A stretch of DNA of 64,000 nt from Dehalococcoidia bacterium (GTDB lineage Bacteria > Chloroflexota > Dehalococcoidia > UBA6926). Made by a program: the position numbers and the translations under genes. Where the stretch lies: positions 12,618 through 76,617 of the forward strand of contig DAOUJJ010000013.1 in NCBI GenBank assembly GCA_034422835.1. The letters run 5' to 3'. The notes under the pieces were generated by a model. The model was not told the DNA's origin. It was given only the letters and a program-made list of their open reading frames with translations, and searched no databases. Below are positions 28,864 to 38,928 of this stretch, in pieces (within the stretch, counting starts at the first letter, position 1; the number at the start of each line of letters is the position of its first letter).

Positions 28864-29207
28864 AACTCACATACGCCATCATCATGGTCGAGGGATCCAA
28901 CAACTGGGACGGCTACACCCCGGACATTCTCAACATGTTCACCGCCGGTGACGACATCGAAGATATGCGCAATCGGCTTCGCAACGGCATCAAGGCCTAC
29001 GTCGAAGACTGCGCTGAGCGCGATGAACCCATCCCATGGCCCACGATAACCACCGTCGAAGAGGCCCTCGAATATGAGGCCAAAACCGACGCCGAATACG
29101 CCGCCGAATACCCCGATGACCCCACCGACGAAGAAGAGGGCTGGTCTCCCCCCATCGCAGAAATGATCGAAATCGAAGTCAACCTCCCCCAAACCGCCAC
29201 CCCGTAA
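28860..29207 (+). CDS. hicB: HicB family antitoxin (UPF0150 domain)
   Basis: MKLTYAIIMVEGSNNWDGYTPDI…; ATGA overlap with hicA. Confidence 0.7.
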   Translation: MKLTYAIIMVEGSNNWDGYTPDILNMFTAGDDIEDMRNRLRNGIKAYVEDCAERDEPIPWPTITTVEEALEYEAKTDAEYAAEYPDDPTDEEEGWSPPIAEMIEIEVNLPQTATP

Positions 29208-29261
29208 CCCCCCCCCTGGTAAACTGGACACCACCGCGAAACGTCCCCAACAGGAGGACCC

Positions 29262-29477
29262 ATGGCAAGCCAGGCAATCACCGAATCCCACCTCGATGTA
29301 CGACTCGATGGCCTCCGCCAAGAGATGAACGCCATGAAGTACGAAGTCAAGACGGACATCGCCCACGCCGAGACCCGCATAACCAAATGGATCATCGGCA
29401 CCATGCTTTTTGCCGGACTTGGCTCCGCCGCCATCGCCGCATCAATCACCTTCGGCGCCATCCAACTCCTTGATTAA
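29262..29477 (+). CDS. Small tail-anchored membrane protein (N-terminal coiled coil + single C-terminal TM; XhlA/DUF1640-like architecture)
   Basis: Heptad-like L..L...L segment followed by TM helix WIIGTMLFAGLGSAAIAASITFGAI. Confidence 0.45.
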   Translation: MASQAITESHLDVRLDGLRQEMNAMKYEVKTDIAHAETRITKWIIGTMLFAGLGSAAIAASITFGAIQLLD

Positions 29478-29599
29478 CCCCCCATATCCACCCCCCTCTC
29501 CTTTAACCCCTACATATGCCCCCCGCGCCCCCGCCGCCTCATCAAACCCAGTCCTAAACCCGATTCGATATTCCCTACCTGATCCAAGCCAAACGACTA

Positions 29600-29629
29600 T
29601 TGACAACACTTGCAAATCTCCCCTAAACT
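29600..29629 (+). promoter_or_regulatory. Near-consensus sigma70-type promoter (TTGACA-18-TAAACT) for the giant surface-protein gene
   Basis: TTGACA at 29600-29605 and TAAACT at 29624-29629. Gives a ~370-nt structured leader before the GTG at 30001. Confidence 0.45.
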
Positions 29630-30000
29630 CACGGTCAGTGACTACGCCTAGATGCAGGCGTGGGGCTTTCCGCGTATTGCATGCACACTCGCGGCAAGCC
29701 CCGCTGTAACAAAGCGCAGTCGGGATAAAGCGAGCGGATAACGGAGAGCGCGCGGCTCTCCACAGTTATGGAGACCAACCGGACAAGCAAGCGCGGGAAA
29801 GTCAGCACACCCTGCCGATCCAACAACCCTCACTCCGGCAGGCGCCCCTGACTCCCACACACGGGGAGGAGCAGATGCACTCACAAGAACCCTGGCAGTC
29901 GCGAAGCCCCACGGGCAGCGTGAATAAATCTTTGATTTCATCTACACTTGGAAAGACGGGACGCAAAGGTCCACATCACAGTTACGGAAGGGGGCTTCCT

Positions 30001-33000
30001 GTGAAGCGCAAAGCACTAGTTATCCTGACGGTCGCGATCCTCGCGTTCGCCATGATCCCGGCCCTCGGGGCGGGCGCGGCGGTTGGCACGGTCAAGATCG
30101 TTACCCCGGATCAGCTGGCCAACCCCACGGGGAAGACCGGCTCGGCCTTTGAAAAGCTCAATGCCGCGGACTACGTCTCCGACAAGACCGGTATGGAGAC
30201 TAGCTTAGAGGATGCCGGTGGCACCCTTTACGCCGTTATCGATGATAATGACGGCGTTTCCAACGCTTTGACTGACTACTACGCCTACTTCACCGATGCA
30301 AGGCCAGGCACCGCAGATGGTGGTGGTAACGCCTACAACATTGATCCGGGCACGACAACGCCATCCACCACGAACGGCATAGTCGCTGATTGGGTTACAG
30401 ATACTGTTGACCCTGTTGCCATGGGGGATCTTGTTGCCCGTACGGACGATACGGCCACCACTGACGTCAATGAGTCTGACGGCGCCGATGACCTCGAGAT
30501 TGGCGATAGGAACCGGAATGGTGAGATCGACTCTGGCGACCTTCTGATTGAGATTGGGTACTTCGTGCCGCCTGTCGTAGACGATCCGGATACTACGGAT
30601 AATGAGCAAGAGGACCTGCAGTTCGAAGCCGTGCGAACCGTGAATGTCGGAAACGCGTTCCAGGATGCCAGCAGAAACGGCAAGGAAGCCTTCCTTAACT
30701 TGAACACGATTCCCGCTTTCCCTGCGGCACGTGACGCTGCAGATCAGTTGGACACCACTGAGGTTGGTGCCTTGCGCATCAGGTTCGCATCTGCGGGTGT
30801 TAACGAACTCAAGTATGGCGATGATGCGGCTGTGGAACTTCGAGGCAAGAGCCGGGTGCAAGTCCGGAGTTCGTCCGGCGATCCGATTCGGATCACCGTG
30901 AGAGAGAAGAATCTTGTCGAACTCGCCAAGCAGAAAGCCGGGGTTAATCACGCAGCGCTGACTGCGACGGACACTGACGGAAACTCCACGACCGACTCAC
31001 GTGATTCCGGCGTTTTCGTCGGCATGTTTGGCGTGATTCGCAATGACTTCAAGGAAGCGATTGCAACGTGGACGCCGACTCCCACAGACTCTGCGCAGTC
31101 CGAGGAAATAACTGTGATTGCCGCAGGCGGTACACCTGCCGCCGACGAAGTTCTGCCAGTCGAAGCGGAGACTGATTCTGCAAGCGATAATTTCGAGTTG
31201 GCGATGACGGAGATCACGCTTCCGGGCGTCAACAAGGATAACGTTCTCAAGGCTAATACCACAGAAACGCGTAACGACGATGTTACCGTAACGATCAAGG
31301 ATCCAGAGCGTAATGATACGCCCGATGCTGCTGCCGACCCGCCTGTGGTTGATAAGGCAGACGCTGACGTTGATGATGAGATAAGAGTCACTGCTGTAAC
31401 TGTTGGAGATCCAGATCCGCAAACAGGTGCGGTGGTCATCACAGTGGCCACGAAGCATGGAGCCGACGCTACTACAGCCACCGATGGTGACACTCTAGAA
31501 GATGACATATTCGTCCTTACCTACACGACCACTGATCTCAATAACAACATCAACGACCTGATTGCAGCCGTTGCCGCGACAGACAAGGACGCAGATCGGG
31601 ATGAGGCGTTCTACGATTTCTGCCAGGGCACAACCGAAGGCAAGGAGTGCGCCGAGAGGGACAAGTTGGAGGCGGCCCTGAAGGCTCATGTTACAAATCT
31701 GGGCCTTTCATCTGCGACCGATCTTACGGGTGATGATGCCAGCGCGCTGGTGAACTCGCTCGTCGGCGCGGAGCACGGCGATACCCTCACCGTGAGCTAC
31801 GCAGATGCCGACCCCAGCAGCACGCGCACAGATACTGCTGAGGTGGACCTGAACGCCCCGACGATCGGCTCGCTTGATCCTGCAAACAACTCCTACGTCG
31901 ATAACGATGACTTCTCGGTGTTCTTCAGCGTGACGGATCCGGATTCGGGCATCCCGGAGGACGCCCATGATGCGACTGAACAGACCATCAGAGCCGGCAT
32001 GGCTTACGTTGAAGAGGTAGTCACGTTTGGCGAAGGCGACGCTGATCCTGTTTCCAACTTGGCAAACGGTGACGAAGCGGTTCTCGATGTGGATGACACC
32101 ATCCAGGATGGCGAGCGCTACGATCTTGAGATTGACGTGACGCAAGCCGCGGAAGCCGCCGAAGGTGATGAGGATACCGACGCGAAGACGGTGACGGTCC
32201 GGGTCAAGATTACGGCTTATGACCTTGCCCGAAACTTCGTCACAAAGACGTACGAGTTCGTGATCGATAACATTGATCCCGTCCTTGAGGACGCCATCAC
32301 CGGATGGGGCATCTCAAGCAGCGCGACAGCACTGCGCGCCAACGGCGATGAGGGCGCATACGTCTTGGTGGAACAGCAGAGGGACAGAATTGTTCTCGTG
32401 TTCGATGACGCAATCCAGGGCGATGCCCTGCTGGAACAGAACATCCAGGTGTCCGGCACCAGCGTCTCAAGCATCGAGTGGCTCGATAACACCGGCAGCA
32501 ACGTCATCAGCGTCGGCGATGCAGACATGTCAGAGACTGCCGGTGACCTTGACTTCAATGCCAAGACTCGGACAAGTGCCGATGCCCCTGATGTTGTCAG
32601 GGAGTTGGGCCTCCGGACAGAAACCAATGGTCAGGATGCGCGGCACCTCCTGTTCCTGACGCTTGAGGCTGATCTCGCTACGGATGCCCGCCCAACCATC
32701 GAGATTGATGGCGGCGACCTGACCGACCTCGCAGGAAACCTGAATAAGAGCGACCACGAGAGGCGCCCGGATGACCGCCTTGCGCCGATCTTCAAGATCA
32801 GTGTTGAGGAAGCCTTGAGCAACGACACCTTCAACGTGACGGTGGAAACCTCTGAGGACTTGAAGCGCAGGCCTACCGCGTCCATCTCCAATGGCAGAAT
32901 TCTTCGCCCCATCACCCTGAAGGCAGGCACCGGAAACACGTGGGCGCTCTCCACTGACCGGAAGGGACTTAACCTCGTTGCCCGTGAGGGCAGGCAGGAC

Positions 33001-34122
33001 GGTGTCTACGAGGTCACGGTTGAGGGCAGTGACGAAATTGGCAATGAGGCAATGGCCACAAGCGGCAAGTGGGAGTTTGACACCCAAGCCAACAACGGCG
33101 TCCTGCCCAACCGTGGTGGCGTGGCCGCTGATGACGGCACCAAGGCAAAGGCTGATCTCGCCCAGAAGATCGAGAGGAACGAAGTCGTCTTCCTGAACCT
33201 GCTCTTCACCGCTGAGACCGGTGAGTACACCGGCGACACCAAGAAGAAGGTCAACATCAGCAGCCTGAGCCTTGATACCCTGGCGGATGATGCGATTGAT
33301 TCCAAGAACAAGCTCGTAGCCAGTCCCACGGTCGAGAGCACCTTGGACGTGGATGCCGGTTCGGCGCAGAGCTCGGACGGCATCAAGCACGTCATCGCCC
33401 TCGCGGACCTCGCGATTGGCAGCTACCGCCTGAACGTGGACTACGCTGACGAGGCGGGCAACACGGGCAAGTTCGGCTACGTGTTCAAGATCACCGCCCC
33501 GGCCCCCGTAGAGATCGCCGTGGTACCGGGCTGGTCCTTGGTGTCCATCCCTGGCACCCCGGTTGACTCGAGCGTCGCTGGTGTCTTCGAAGGCTCGTCG
33601 GTGACGGATGTGTGGAGCCTGGATAACGAGACCAAGCGCTGGCAGTACGCTGGCAAGGATGCGAACGGCGAATGGGTGGAAGGCACCCTGCCGCAGATCG
33701 TGGCCGGCCGCGCGTACTTCGTCCGCAGCACCACCTTCGACCCGATCAAGGTCCTGACCGAGCGGTTCAGCCCGGAGACCACGCCGTCGCAGTACGTCGT
33801 GACCAGCGGCTGGAACGGCATCGGCTACACCCCCGCGGGCAGCGAGACGGCGATCAGCGTCGACGGCTACCTGAGTTCGCTCGGGGCCAGCGGATGGGGC
33901 ATGATCCGGATGTGGAACGCGGACGCGACCCCGCCGCAGTACGAGACCTACTTCGCCAGCGGCGCGATGACCGACGGCTTCCCGGACGGTGACGGCAACG
34001 CTGCCTGCGCAACGCCAACGTCCGATTGCGACGCTGACAACATTGCTGCTGGTGTAGCGAAGGTTGAGAAGGGCAAGGGCTACCTGCTCTTCGCGACCCG
34101 CAACGGAGTCATCGGCGGCTAA
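30001..34122 (+). CDS. Giant secreted acidic cell-surface protein with dockerin/EF-hand-like Ca-binding loops (S-layer/adhesin-like)
   Basis: GTG start after SD GGAAGGGGG. Signal peptide VKRKALVILTVAILAFAMIPALGAGAA. D/T/E-rich throughout, DRNRNGEIDSGDL-type loops; 1373 aa. Confidence 0.6.
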   Translation: MKRKALVILTVAILAFAMIPALGAGAAVGTVKIVTPDQLANPTGKTGSAFEKLNAADYVSDKTGMETSLEDAGGTLYAVIDDNDGVSNALTDYYAYFTDARPGTADGGGNAYNIDPGTTTPSTTNGIVADWVTDTVDPVAMGDLVARTDDTATTDVNESDGADDLEIGDRNRNGEIDSGDLLIEIGYFVPPVVDDPDTTDNEQEDLQFEAVRTVNVGNAFQDASRNGKEAFLNLNTIPAFPAARDAADQLDTTEVGALRIRFASAGVNELKYGDDAAVELRGKSRVQVRSSSGDPIRITVREKNLVELAKQKAGVNHAALTATDTDGNSTTDSRDSGVFVGMFGVIRNDFKEAIATWTPTPTDSAQSEEITVIAAGGTPAADEVLPVEAETDSASDNFELAMTEITLPGVNKDNVLKANTTETRNDDVTVTIKDPERNDTPDAAADPPVVDKADADVDDEIRVTAVTVGDPDPQTGAVVITVATKHGADATTATDGDTLEDDIFVLTYTTTDLNNNINDLIAAVAATDKDADRDEAFYDFCQGTTEGKECAERDKLEAALKAHVTNLGLSSATDLTGDDASALVNSLVGAEHGDTLTVSYADADPSSTRTDTAEVDLNAPTIGSLDPANNSYVDNDDFSVFFSVTDPDSGIPEDAHDATEQTIRAGMAYVEEVVTFGEGDADPVSNLANGDEAVLDVDDTIQDGERYDLEIDVTQAAEAAEGDEDTDAKTVTVRVKITAYDLARNFVTKTYEFVIDNIDPVLEDAITGWGISSSATALRANGDEGAYVLVEQQRDRIVLVFDDAIQGDALLEQNIQVSGTSVSSIEWLDNTGSNVISVGDADMSETAGDLDFNAKTRTSADAPDVVRELGLRTETNGQDARHLLFLTLEADLATDARPTIEIDGGDLTDLAGNLNKSDHERRPDDRLAPIFKISVEEALSNDTFNVTVETSEDLKRRPTASISNGRILRPITLKAGTGNTWALSTDRKGLNLVAREGRQDGVYEVTVEGSDEIGNEAMATSGKWEFDTQANNGVLPNRGGVAADDGTKAKADLAQKIERNEVVFLNLLFTAETGEYTGDTKKKVNISSLSLDTLADDAIDSKNKLVASPTVESTLDVDAGSAQSSDGIKHVIALADLAIGSYRLNVDYADEAGNTGKFGYVFKITAPAPVEIAVVPGWSLVSIPGTPVDSSVAGVFEGSSVTDVWSLDNETKRWQYAGKDANGEWVEGTLPQIVAGRAYFVRSTTFDPIKVLTERFSPETTPSQYVVTSGWNGIGYTPAGSETAISVDGYLSSLGASGWGMIRMWNADATPPQYETYFASGAMTDGFPDGDGNAACATPTSDCDADNIAAGVAKVEKGKGYLLFATRNGVIGG

Positions 34123-34190
34123 CCCAAACAGAAACCGGACAGCAACCCGCAAGGCAAGCTACAGAGCAAACTGAACGGATAGCTGAAAAA

Positions 34191-34227
34191 GAGAGGGGCG
34201 GCGCACCAGCGCCGCCCCTCTCCCTTT
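34191..34227 (+). terminator. Rho-independent terminator after the giant gene
   Basis: GAGAGGGGCGGCGC-acca-GCGCCGCCCCTCTC followed by CCTTT. Confidence 0.55.
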
Positions 34228-34250
34228 AACCCATCTGCTACACTGTCCCC

Positions 34251-34478
34251 ATGACAACCCAAACCCCACCCACAGACAACGAGCGCCTCGCCCGCCTGGA
34301 AGGCATCGTCGAACAAATCGGCGAACGCCTTGATAGCCTTGAGCGTCGTTTGGATAACCTTGAGCGCAGCTTGGACAGCCTCCGCAATTTCATGTTCATG
34401 GGCTTCGGACTCTTGTGGGCCACCATGGTTGGCGGCTTCATCGCCATCTTCATTGGCATCGCCAACATCAACACCTAA
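34251..34478 (+). CDS. Small tail-anchored membrane protein (coiled coil + C-terminal TM), same architecture as 29262..29477
   Basis: ERLARLEGIVEQIGERLDSLERRLDNLE… followed by TM FMFMGFGLLWATMVGGFIAIFIGI. Confidence 0.45.
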   Translation: MTTQTPPTDNERLARLEGIVEQIGERLDSLERRLDNLERSLDSLRNFMFMGFGLLWATMVGGFIAIFIGIANINT

Positions 34479-34483
34479 CCCCT

Positions 34484-35431
34484 TTGGAAGACCTCGTCAC
34501 CCGCCTCCTTGAAGGCAACCTCAACGCCGCCCCACGCATCCTCACCCTCCTCGAAAAGGGCGACCCCCAGGCCGATGCCATCATGCAGCGCATCGCCACC
34601 CACCGCGGGGGCACCCACATCATCGGCATCACCGGCCCCCCCGGCGCGGGCAAGAGCACCCTCGTTGAGGCCATGACCGCAGAACTCCGCAAACGACAAC
34701 AGACCGTCGGCGTCCTCGTCGTCGATCCCTCAAGCCCCTTCACCGGCGGCGCAATCCTGGGAGACCGCGTCCGCATGAGAGACCACTTCCTGGATCCCGG
34801 CGTGTTCATCCGCAGCATGGCCACGCGCGGGGCGTCCGGCGGCCTCTCCGCCATCGCCCCCTCCGCCATGCGCGTGCTGGACGCGGCGGGCATGGACGTG
34901 ATCATCGTGGAGACGGCGGGCGTGGGGCAGACGGAGCTGGACATCATGCACACCGTCGATAGCGTGGTGGTGGTGGTGGTGCCGGAGGCGGGCGACGCGA
35001 TCCAGACCATGAAGGCCGGGCTGCTGGAGATCGCCGACGTGTTCGTGGTCAACAAGTCCGACCGCCCCGGCGCGAAACGCATGGCCGCCGACCTGGAGAC
35101 GACCGTGCACCTGGGCAGCCGCGACATGGACTGGTGGACGATTCCCGTGCTGCAGACCGAGGGGATCCGCAACAAGGGCATCACGGAACTGGTGGACGCG
35201 GTGGGGCGGCACCACGAGACGCTGCGCGAGACGGGACGGCTGGAAGCCCGCCGCGCCGAGCAGAGACGCTCAGAGTTTCACGCGGCGTTGAGGGAGCGGC
35301 TGCTGGAGCGGCTGACGCGGGCGGAGCACTCGGAGGCGTTGGCGGACATCCTGCGGAAAGTGGAAACCGGAGAACTGCCCCCCATCACCGCCGCCACCCA
35401 CGTGCTTGAGAACCCGGATTTGCTGGCCTAA
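34484..35431 (+). CDS. meaB: MeaB/ArgK-like G3E-family GTPase (methylmalonyl-CoA mutase accessory)
   Basis: GITGPPGAGKST, VETAGVGQ, NKSD motifs. TTG start inferred. The track ORF starts at 34415. Confidence 0.7.
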   Translation: MEDLVTRLLEGNLNAAPRILTLLEKGDPQADAIMQRIATHRGGTHIIGITGPPGAGKSTLVEAMTAELRKRQQTVGVLVVDPSSPFTGGAILGDRVRMRDHFLDPGVFIRSMATRGASGGLSAIAPSAMRVLDAAGMDVIIVETAGVGQTELDIMHTVDSVVVVVVPEAGDAIQTMKAGLLEIADVFVVNKSDRPGAKRMAADLETTVHLGSRDMDWWTIPVLQTEGIRNKGITELVDAVGRHHETLRETGRLEARRAEQRRSEFHAALRERLLERLTRAEHSEALADILRKVETGELPPITAATHVLENPDLLA

Positions 35432-36582
35432 CTCCCCAGAGCGGCCTCCACCCCCAAGAACCGCCCAATATCCTCCACTTCCTCCCGCACCGCATCCCAA
35501 ACGCCGCCCGTCCGGTCACCTTGAGCCTGTCGAAGGGCCTCAAACCCATCAACCACTATCTCAAGCCCCCGTCCACCCCGCACCCACCGCCACGACCACG
35601 TCGCCACCGCAAACCCATCGATAGCCAGCACGGGCCGGATCATCCCCCCGCCCGCATTCACTCGAGACAGATGCTCCGGCGCAACCGCCAGCCCCCGCCC
35701 CCGATACCCAAGCAAATACGTATCAAAAAACCCCAACAGCCGCACCAGTCCGTCATTCCCGTGCTTGACACGGGAATCCAGAGCATCCCCCGCCACCCAC
35801 ATCCCCTCCCCCTCAACATCAACCTCCACCAACTCGCCCTCAATCGACTCCCATCCCGCCCGGGTGTCCCGCAGCGGCAGCCCCGACCACACGGCGAAGT
35901 CGCGCGGCGTCGAGGGCCCGAACGCCCTGATATACCGGCCCGCCAGCCGCGCGAGCGCCTCCTCCCGCGAGAGTTCCGGCCGCTCGATGCCCGCCAGCCA
36001 CGAGTCCGTTGCCGCGAACGTCTCCGTCTTGCCGTCCAACAGCGGCCCGTGCGTGGTGATGCCCAAAAACCCCCCGGACCGCACGATGTGGTGCAGCGCC
36101 TGGTTCTCAACGGGGATGTCGTGGGCAGCCAGCCGCTTCCCCAACTGCTGCCGTGTCAGCGGCCCCTCGGCGGTCAGGATGTCGACGGCGTGCCCGTGCG
36201 CCCTGTCCAGTGTCTTTTCATCGAGGCCGAGTTCACGGCGGCGGCCGCGCCCGGCGGAAAACGACGATGGCCCCAGCAGCGCCGTCATCCACCGATGATC
36301 TTCCGAAGGGATGAGGTGCAGCGTGCCGCGCATGGCCCACGTGCGGACGATGGAACGATCATGTGACAGCGCCTGTATAACGTCAGCGGATGTCAGCCCG
36401 GAGCTTCGCACGCGGACCTGGAGGGGCGCAGCGTTCATGTCCTGCGCCTGGATGCCGCCCGTGCGCCGCACGATGTCGAGCACGGGCTCCGCGCTGTTTT
36501 GTGAGCTTACCGCCCCATCCAACCCCTGCGAGACGGTACGAAACCGCCGCGCCTCATCAACGGAAAGCGTAACGGCGGGCAT
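35428..36582 (-). CDS. AlkZ/YcaQ-family winged-helix DNA glycosylase (DUF1006) carrying two in-frame palindromic-repeat insertions near the 3' end
   Basis: N-terminal MPAVTLSVDEARRFR…LSHDRSIVRTWAMRGTLHL and LLGFFDTYLLGYRGR motifs typical of YcaQ/AlkZ. Repeat family 3 (35751-35781) encodes …DSRVKHGNDG… and repeat family 1 (35513-35542) encodes …ALRQAQGDR… in the gene frame. Confidence 0.6.
   Translation of the reverse strand: MPAVTLSVDEARRFRTVSQGLDGAVSSQNSAEPVLDIVRRTGGIQAQDMNAAPLQVRVRSSGLTSADVIQALSHDRSIVRTWAMRGTLHLIPSEDHRWMTALLGPSSFSAGRGRRRELGLDEKTLDRAHGHAVDILTAEGPLTRQQLGKRLAAHDIPVENQALHHIVRSGGFLGITTHGPLLDGKTETFAATDSWLAGIERPELSREEALARLAGRYIRAFGPSTPRDFAVWSGLPLRDTRAGWESIEGELVEVDVEGEGMWVAGDALDSRVKHGNDGLVRLLGFFDTYLLGYRGRGLAVAPEHLSRVNAGGGMIRPVLAIDGFAVATWSWRWVRGGRGLEIVVDGFEALRQAQGDRTGGVWDAVREEVEDIGRFLGVEAALGS
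35513..35781. repeat. Two palindromic repeat units (family 1 at 35513-35542; family 3 at 35751-35781) inside the alkZ-like ORF
   Basis: TCACCTTGAGCCTGTCGAAGGGCCTC and GTCATTCCCGTGCTTGACACGGGAATCCAGAG. Confidence 0.8.
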
Positions 36583-36610
36583 GGCGGGCGCAGCGCGAGG
36601 CCCGGGGAGT

Positions 36611-38044
36611 CTATCCCGCGGCTAGCTCCGCCTTGGTCACGTGGTAATCCCGCAGGCGGCGGATGGCGCGGGCGGCGTCCTGGAACGAGGGGAACACGGC
36701 GATGCCGCGGTCCGCCACCTTCACCCGGAACTCCGCCAGCGTGGCCTCATCCTGGTTCCACGTCGCAATGACGCCGAACGGCTTGTCGGTCGACTCCTGG
36801 AACTCCTTGAACATGTCGATCAGATCGTCCGTGGTCTTTCCCTGCCGCTCAAGCCGCCGGGAGATGAAGCCGATGCTGGCCTCAATGACGATGATGTCCG
36901 TATTCGGATCAGCCGCCAGCGCGTCAAGCATCTCCCGCCCGCGTTCGATGCTCGTCAGCGAGCCGGACACGTCCAGGGGATTCTTGTAACTGCCGCCAAC
37001 AACCGTGACGATGGGCTCCAGGATGTCATAGCTCTCCTGCGTCAGATCAGGAACGGTCAGGCCCTCCCGCCCGAACGCGTCGGACACCAGCACGGACTGC
37101 CCGCCCGTCTGCGCCACAATGCCCATGCGGCTGCCCGTGAACGGCTTCATGAAGTGCAGGGCCTTGAAGGCGTCCATCAGCTCGTCCTGCGTGTCGACAC
37201 GGATCGCGCCCGTTTGGCGCATCATCGCGTCCCACAGCGCCATATCGGAGGCCAGGTGGCCCGTGTGGGATGCGGCGGCGCGGGCTCCCTCGCGTGTCTG
37301 CCCGCCCTTCCAGATAATGACGGGCTTGCGCGGCGCGATGTCACGCAGCGCCTCGAAGAACTTGCGGCCGTCCCGCGTCCCCTCGACATACATGCCGATC
37401 GACTTGACCTCCGGGTCCTCGCCCAGGTACTCAAGCCAATCACCCTGGTCGACAGCGATGCTGTTGCCCATGCTGATGGATTTGAGTGGGTAGAGGCCGT
37501 TGATGCGGGCCCGCATCACAAAGCTCGTGGCGTGCGTGCCGGAATTGGACATGAACCCGATGTCCCCGCCATCGCCGATCCACTGGTCTGCGGAGTTCCG
37601 AATGCCCGTCTTGGAGTGGTATAGGCACATGCAGTTTGGGCCTACGAGGTTGAAGTTCGCCTCTTGCGTCATCTGCGTCAGCGCATCCTGCAGCTGGACG
37701 CCCTGCTCCTCGCCCGTTTCGGCAAAGCCGGAGGTGAACAGCGCCGCCGCACCGGCGCCGACGTCGATGGCGTCTTTCACGATGCGGGGCGCGACGGGGC
37801 GCGGCACCGCGACGATCACATAGTCAACCTGCCCCGGCACGTCGGCGAGGCTGGGATAGTTCTCAAATCCCATCTCAAGGATGCCCGGGATCTCGTTCTC
37901 ATCGATCTGGACGGACACAACCTTGGCCTTGGCGTCACGCACGCTCTTCAGCCACATGTAGTCCGTGATCTTCTTGTCGCCCACCACGGCAATCACCTGT
38001 GGGTTGAATGCCCTGTCCAGGTTGGCCTTGCGTGTCGCGTCCAT
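36611..38044 (-). CDS. Acetyl-CoA synthetase (ADP-forming) alpha subunit / CoA-binding domain protein
   Basis: CoA-binding and succinyl-CoA-synthetase-like alpha motifs (…IAVVG…, SNSGTHA…). Confidence 0.7.
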   Translation of the reverse strand: MDATRKANLDRAFNPQVIAVVGDKKITDYMWLKSVRDAKAKVVSVQIDENEIPGILEMGFENYPSLADVPGQVDYVIVAVPRPVAPRIVKDAIDVGAGAAALFTSGFAETGEEQGVQLQDALTQMTQEANFNLVGPNCMCLYHSKTGIRNSADQWIGDGGDIGFMSNSGTHATSFVMRARINGLYPLKSISMGNSIAVDQGDWLEYLGEDPEVKSIGMYVEGTRDGRKFFEALRDIAPRKPVIIWKGGQTREGARAAASHTGHLASDMALWDAMMRQTGAIRVDTQDELMDAFKALHFMKPFTGSRMGIVAQTGGQSVLVSDAFGREGLTVPDLTQESYDILEPIVTVVGGSYKNPLDVSGSLTSIERGREMLDALAADPNTDIIVIEASIGFISRRLERQGKTTDDLIDMFKEFQESTDKPFGVIATWNQDEATLAEFRVKVADRGIAVFPSFQDAARAIRRLRDYHVTKAELAAG

Positions 38045-38076
38045 CTGTCTACTCCTTCGTTTGCTGTGCGGTGGGA

Positions 38077-38859
38077 CTAGTCCGCTGTTAGAACGATGCG
38101 GGCGTCAACGGCGATCGTTCCGTCCGCATACGCCAGCACCGGATTCAGATCCATCTCTGCCACATCAGATGTCTCGCTCACGAACGACGAGACCGCCCCG
38201 ATAACGCCTTCCAGCGCCCCGAGATCGACGGCTTGAGTCGCCCGATGCCCTGTCAGCAGGGGATACCCCTTGATCTCACGGACAATGGCGCCCGCATCCC
38301 TCTTCGTCAGGGGAGCAATCCGAAACGCCACATCCTGCAGGACCTCAACGGCGATGCCGCCAAGGCCGAACATGATGACGGGGCCGAATTGGTGATCGCG
38401 GGTCATCCCCACGATGACTTCAACGCCGCCGCCGGGCGCCTGCGACTGTACCGTCACGCCGTCGATTGACGCGTTCGGCTCCGCCGCTTTGGCGCTCGCC
38501 ATGATCTCGTCGTACGCTGCCCGCGCGGCATCCGCATCTGCGATACCGAGCTTCACGCCGCCGACGTCGCTCTTGTGCGTGATCTCGCGTGAGGACACCT
38601 TCATGACGACAGGAAAGCCGATGCTCTCTGCCGCCGATGCGGCCTCATCTGCCGACGCGGCCGGCGTCGGCATAGTCACCCGGATGCCCTGCCCCTGCAA
38701 GATGGCCTTGGATTCCTCTTCCGTCAAAATGAGCCGTCCTTCGGCTCGTGCTCGTGCCGCCGTCTCATCAAACAGGGCGGACGCTGATGCTGTCACAAAG
38801 ACACCCCCACCAAGTACTCCCCAATTGCGCGCCAGATGCGCCGGATGCCCCGCGGCCAC
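38077..38859 (-). CDS. Acetyl-CoA synthetase (ADP-forming) beta subunit, ATP-grasp domain
   Basis: ATP-grasp motifs (…PVVMKVSSREITHKSDVGGV…, DLNPV). Confidence 0.7.
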   Translation of the reverse strand: MAAGHPAHLARNWGVLGGGVFVTASASALFDETAARARAEGRLILTEEESKAILQGQGIRVTMPTPAASADEAASAAESIGFPVVMKVSSREITHKSDVGGVKLGIADADAARAAYDEIMASAKAAEPNASIDGVTVQSQAPGGGVEVIVGMTRDHQFGPVIMFGLGGIAVEVLQDVAFRIAPLTKRDAGAIVREIKGYPLLTGHRATQAVDLGALEGVIGAVSSFVSETSDVAEMDLNPVLAYADGTIAVDARIVLTAD

Positions 38860-38928
38860 TTCGGCCGCAATGCACTTGCTAGTGTATACGAATCGACCGC
38901 CCTTACGCCTATCTGCGCGAGAAGGCCT

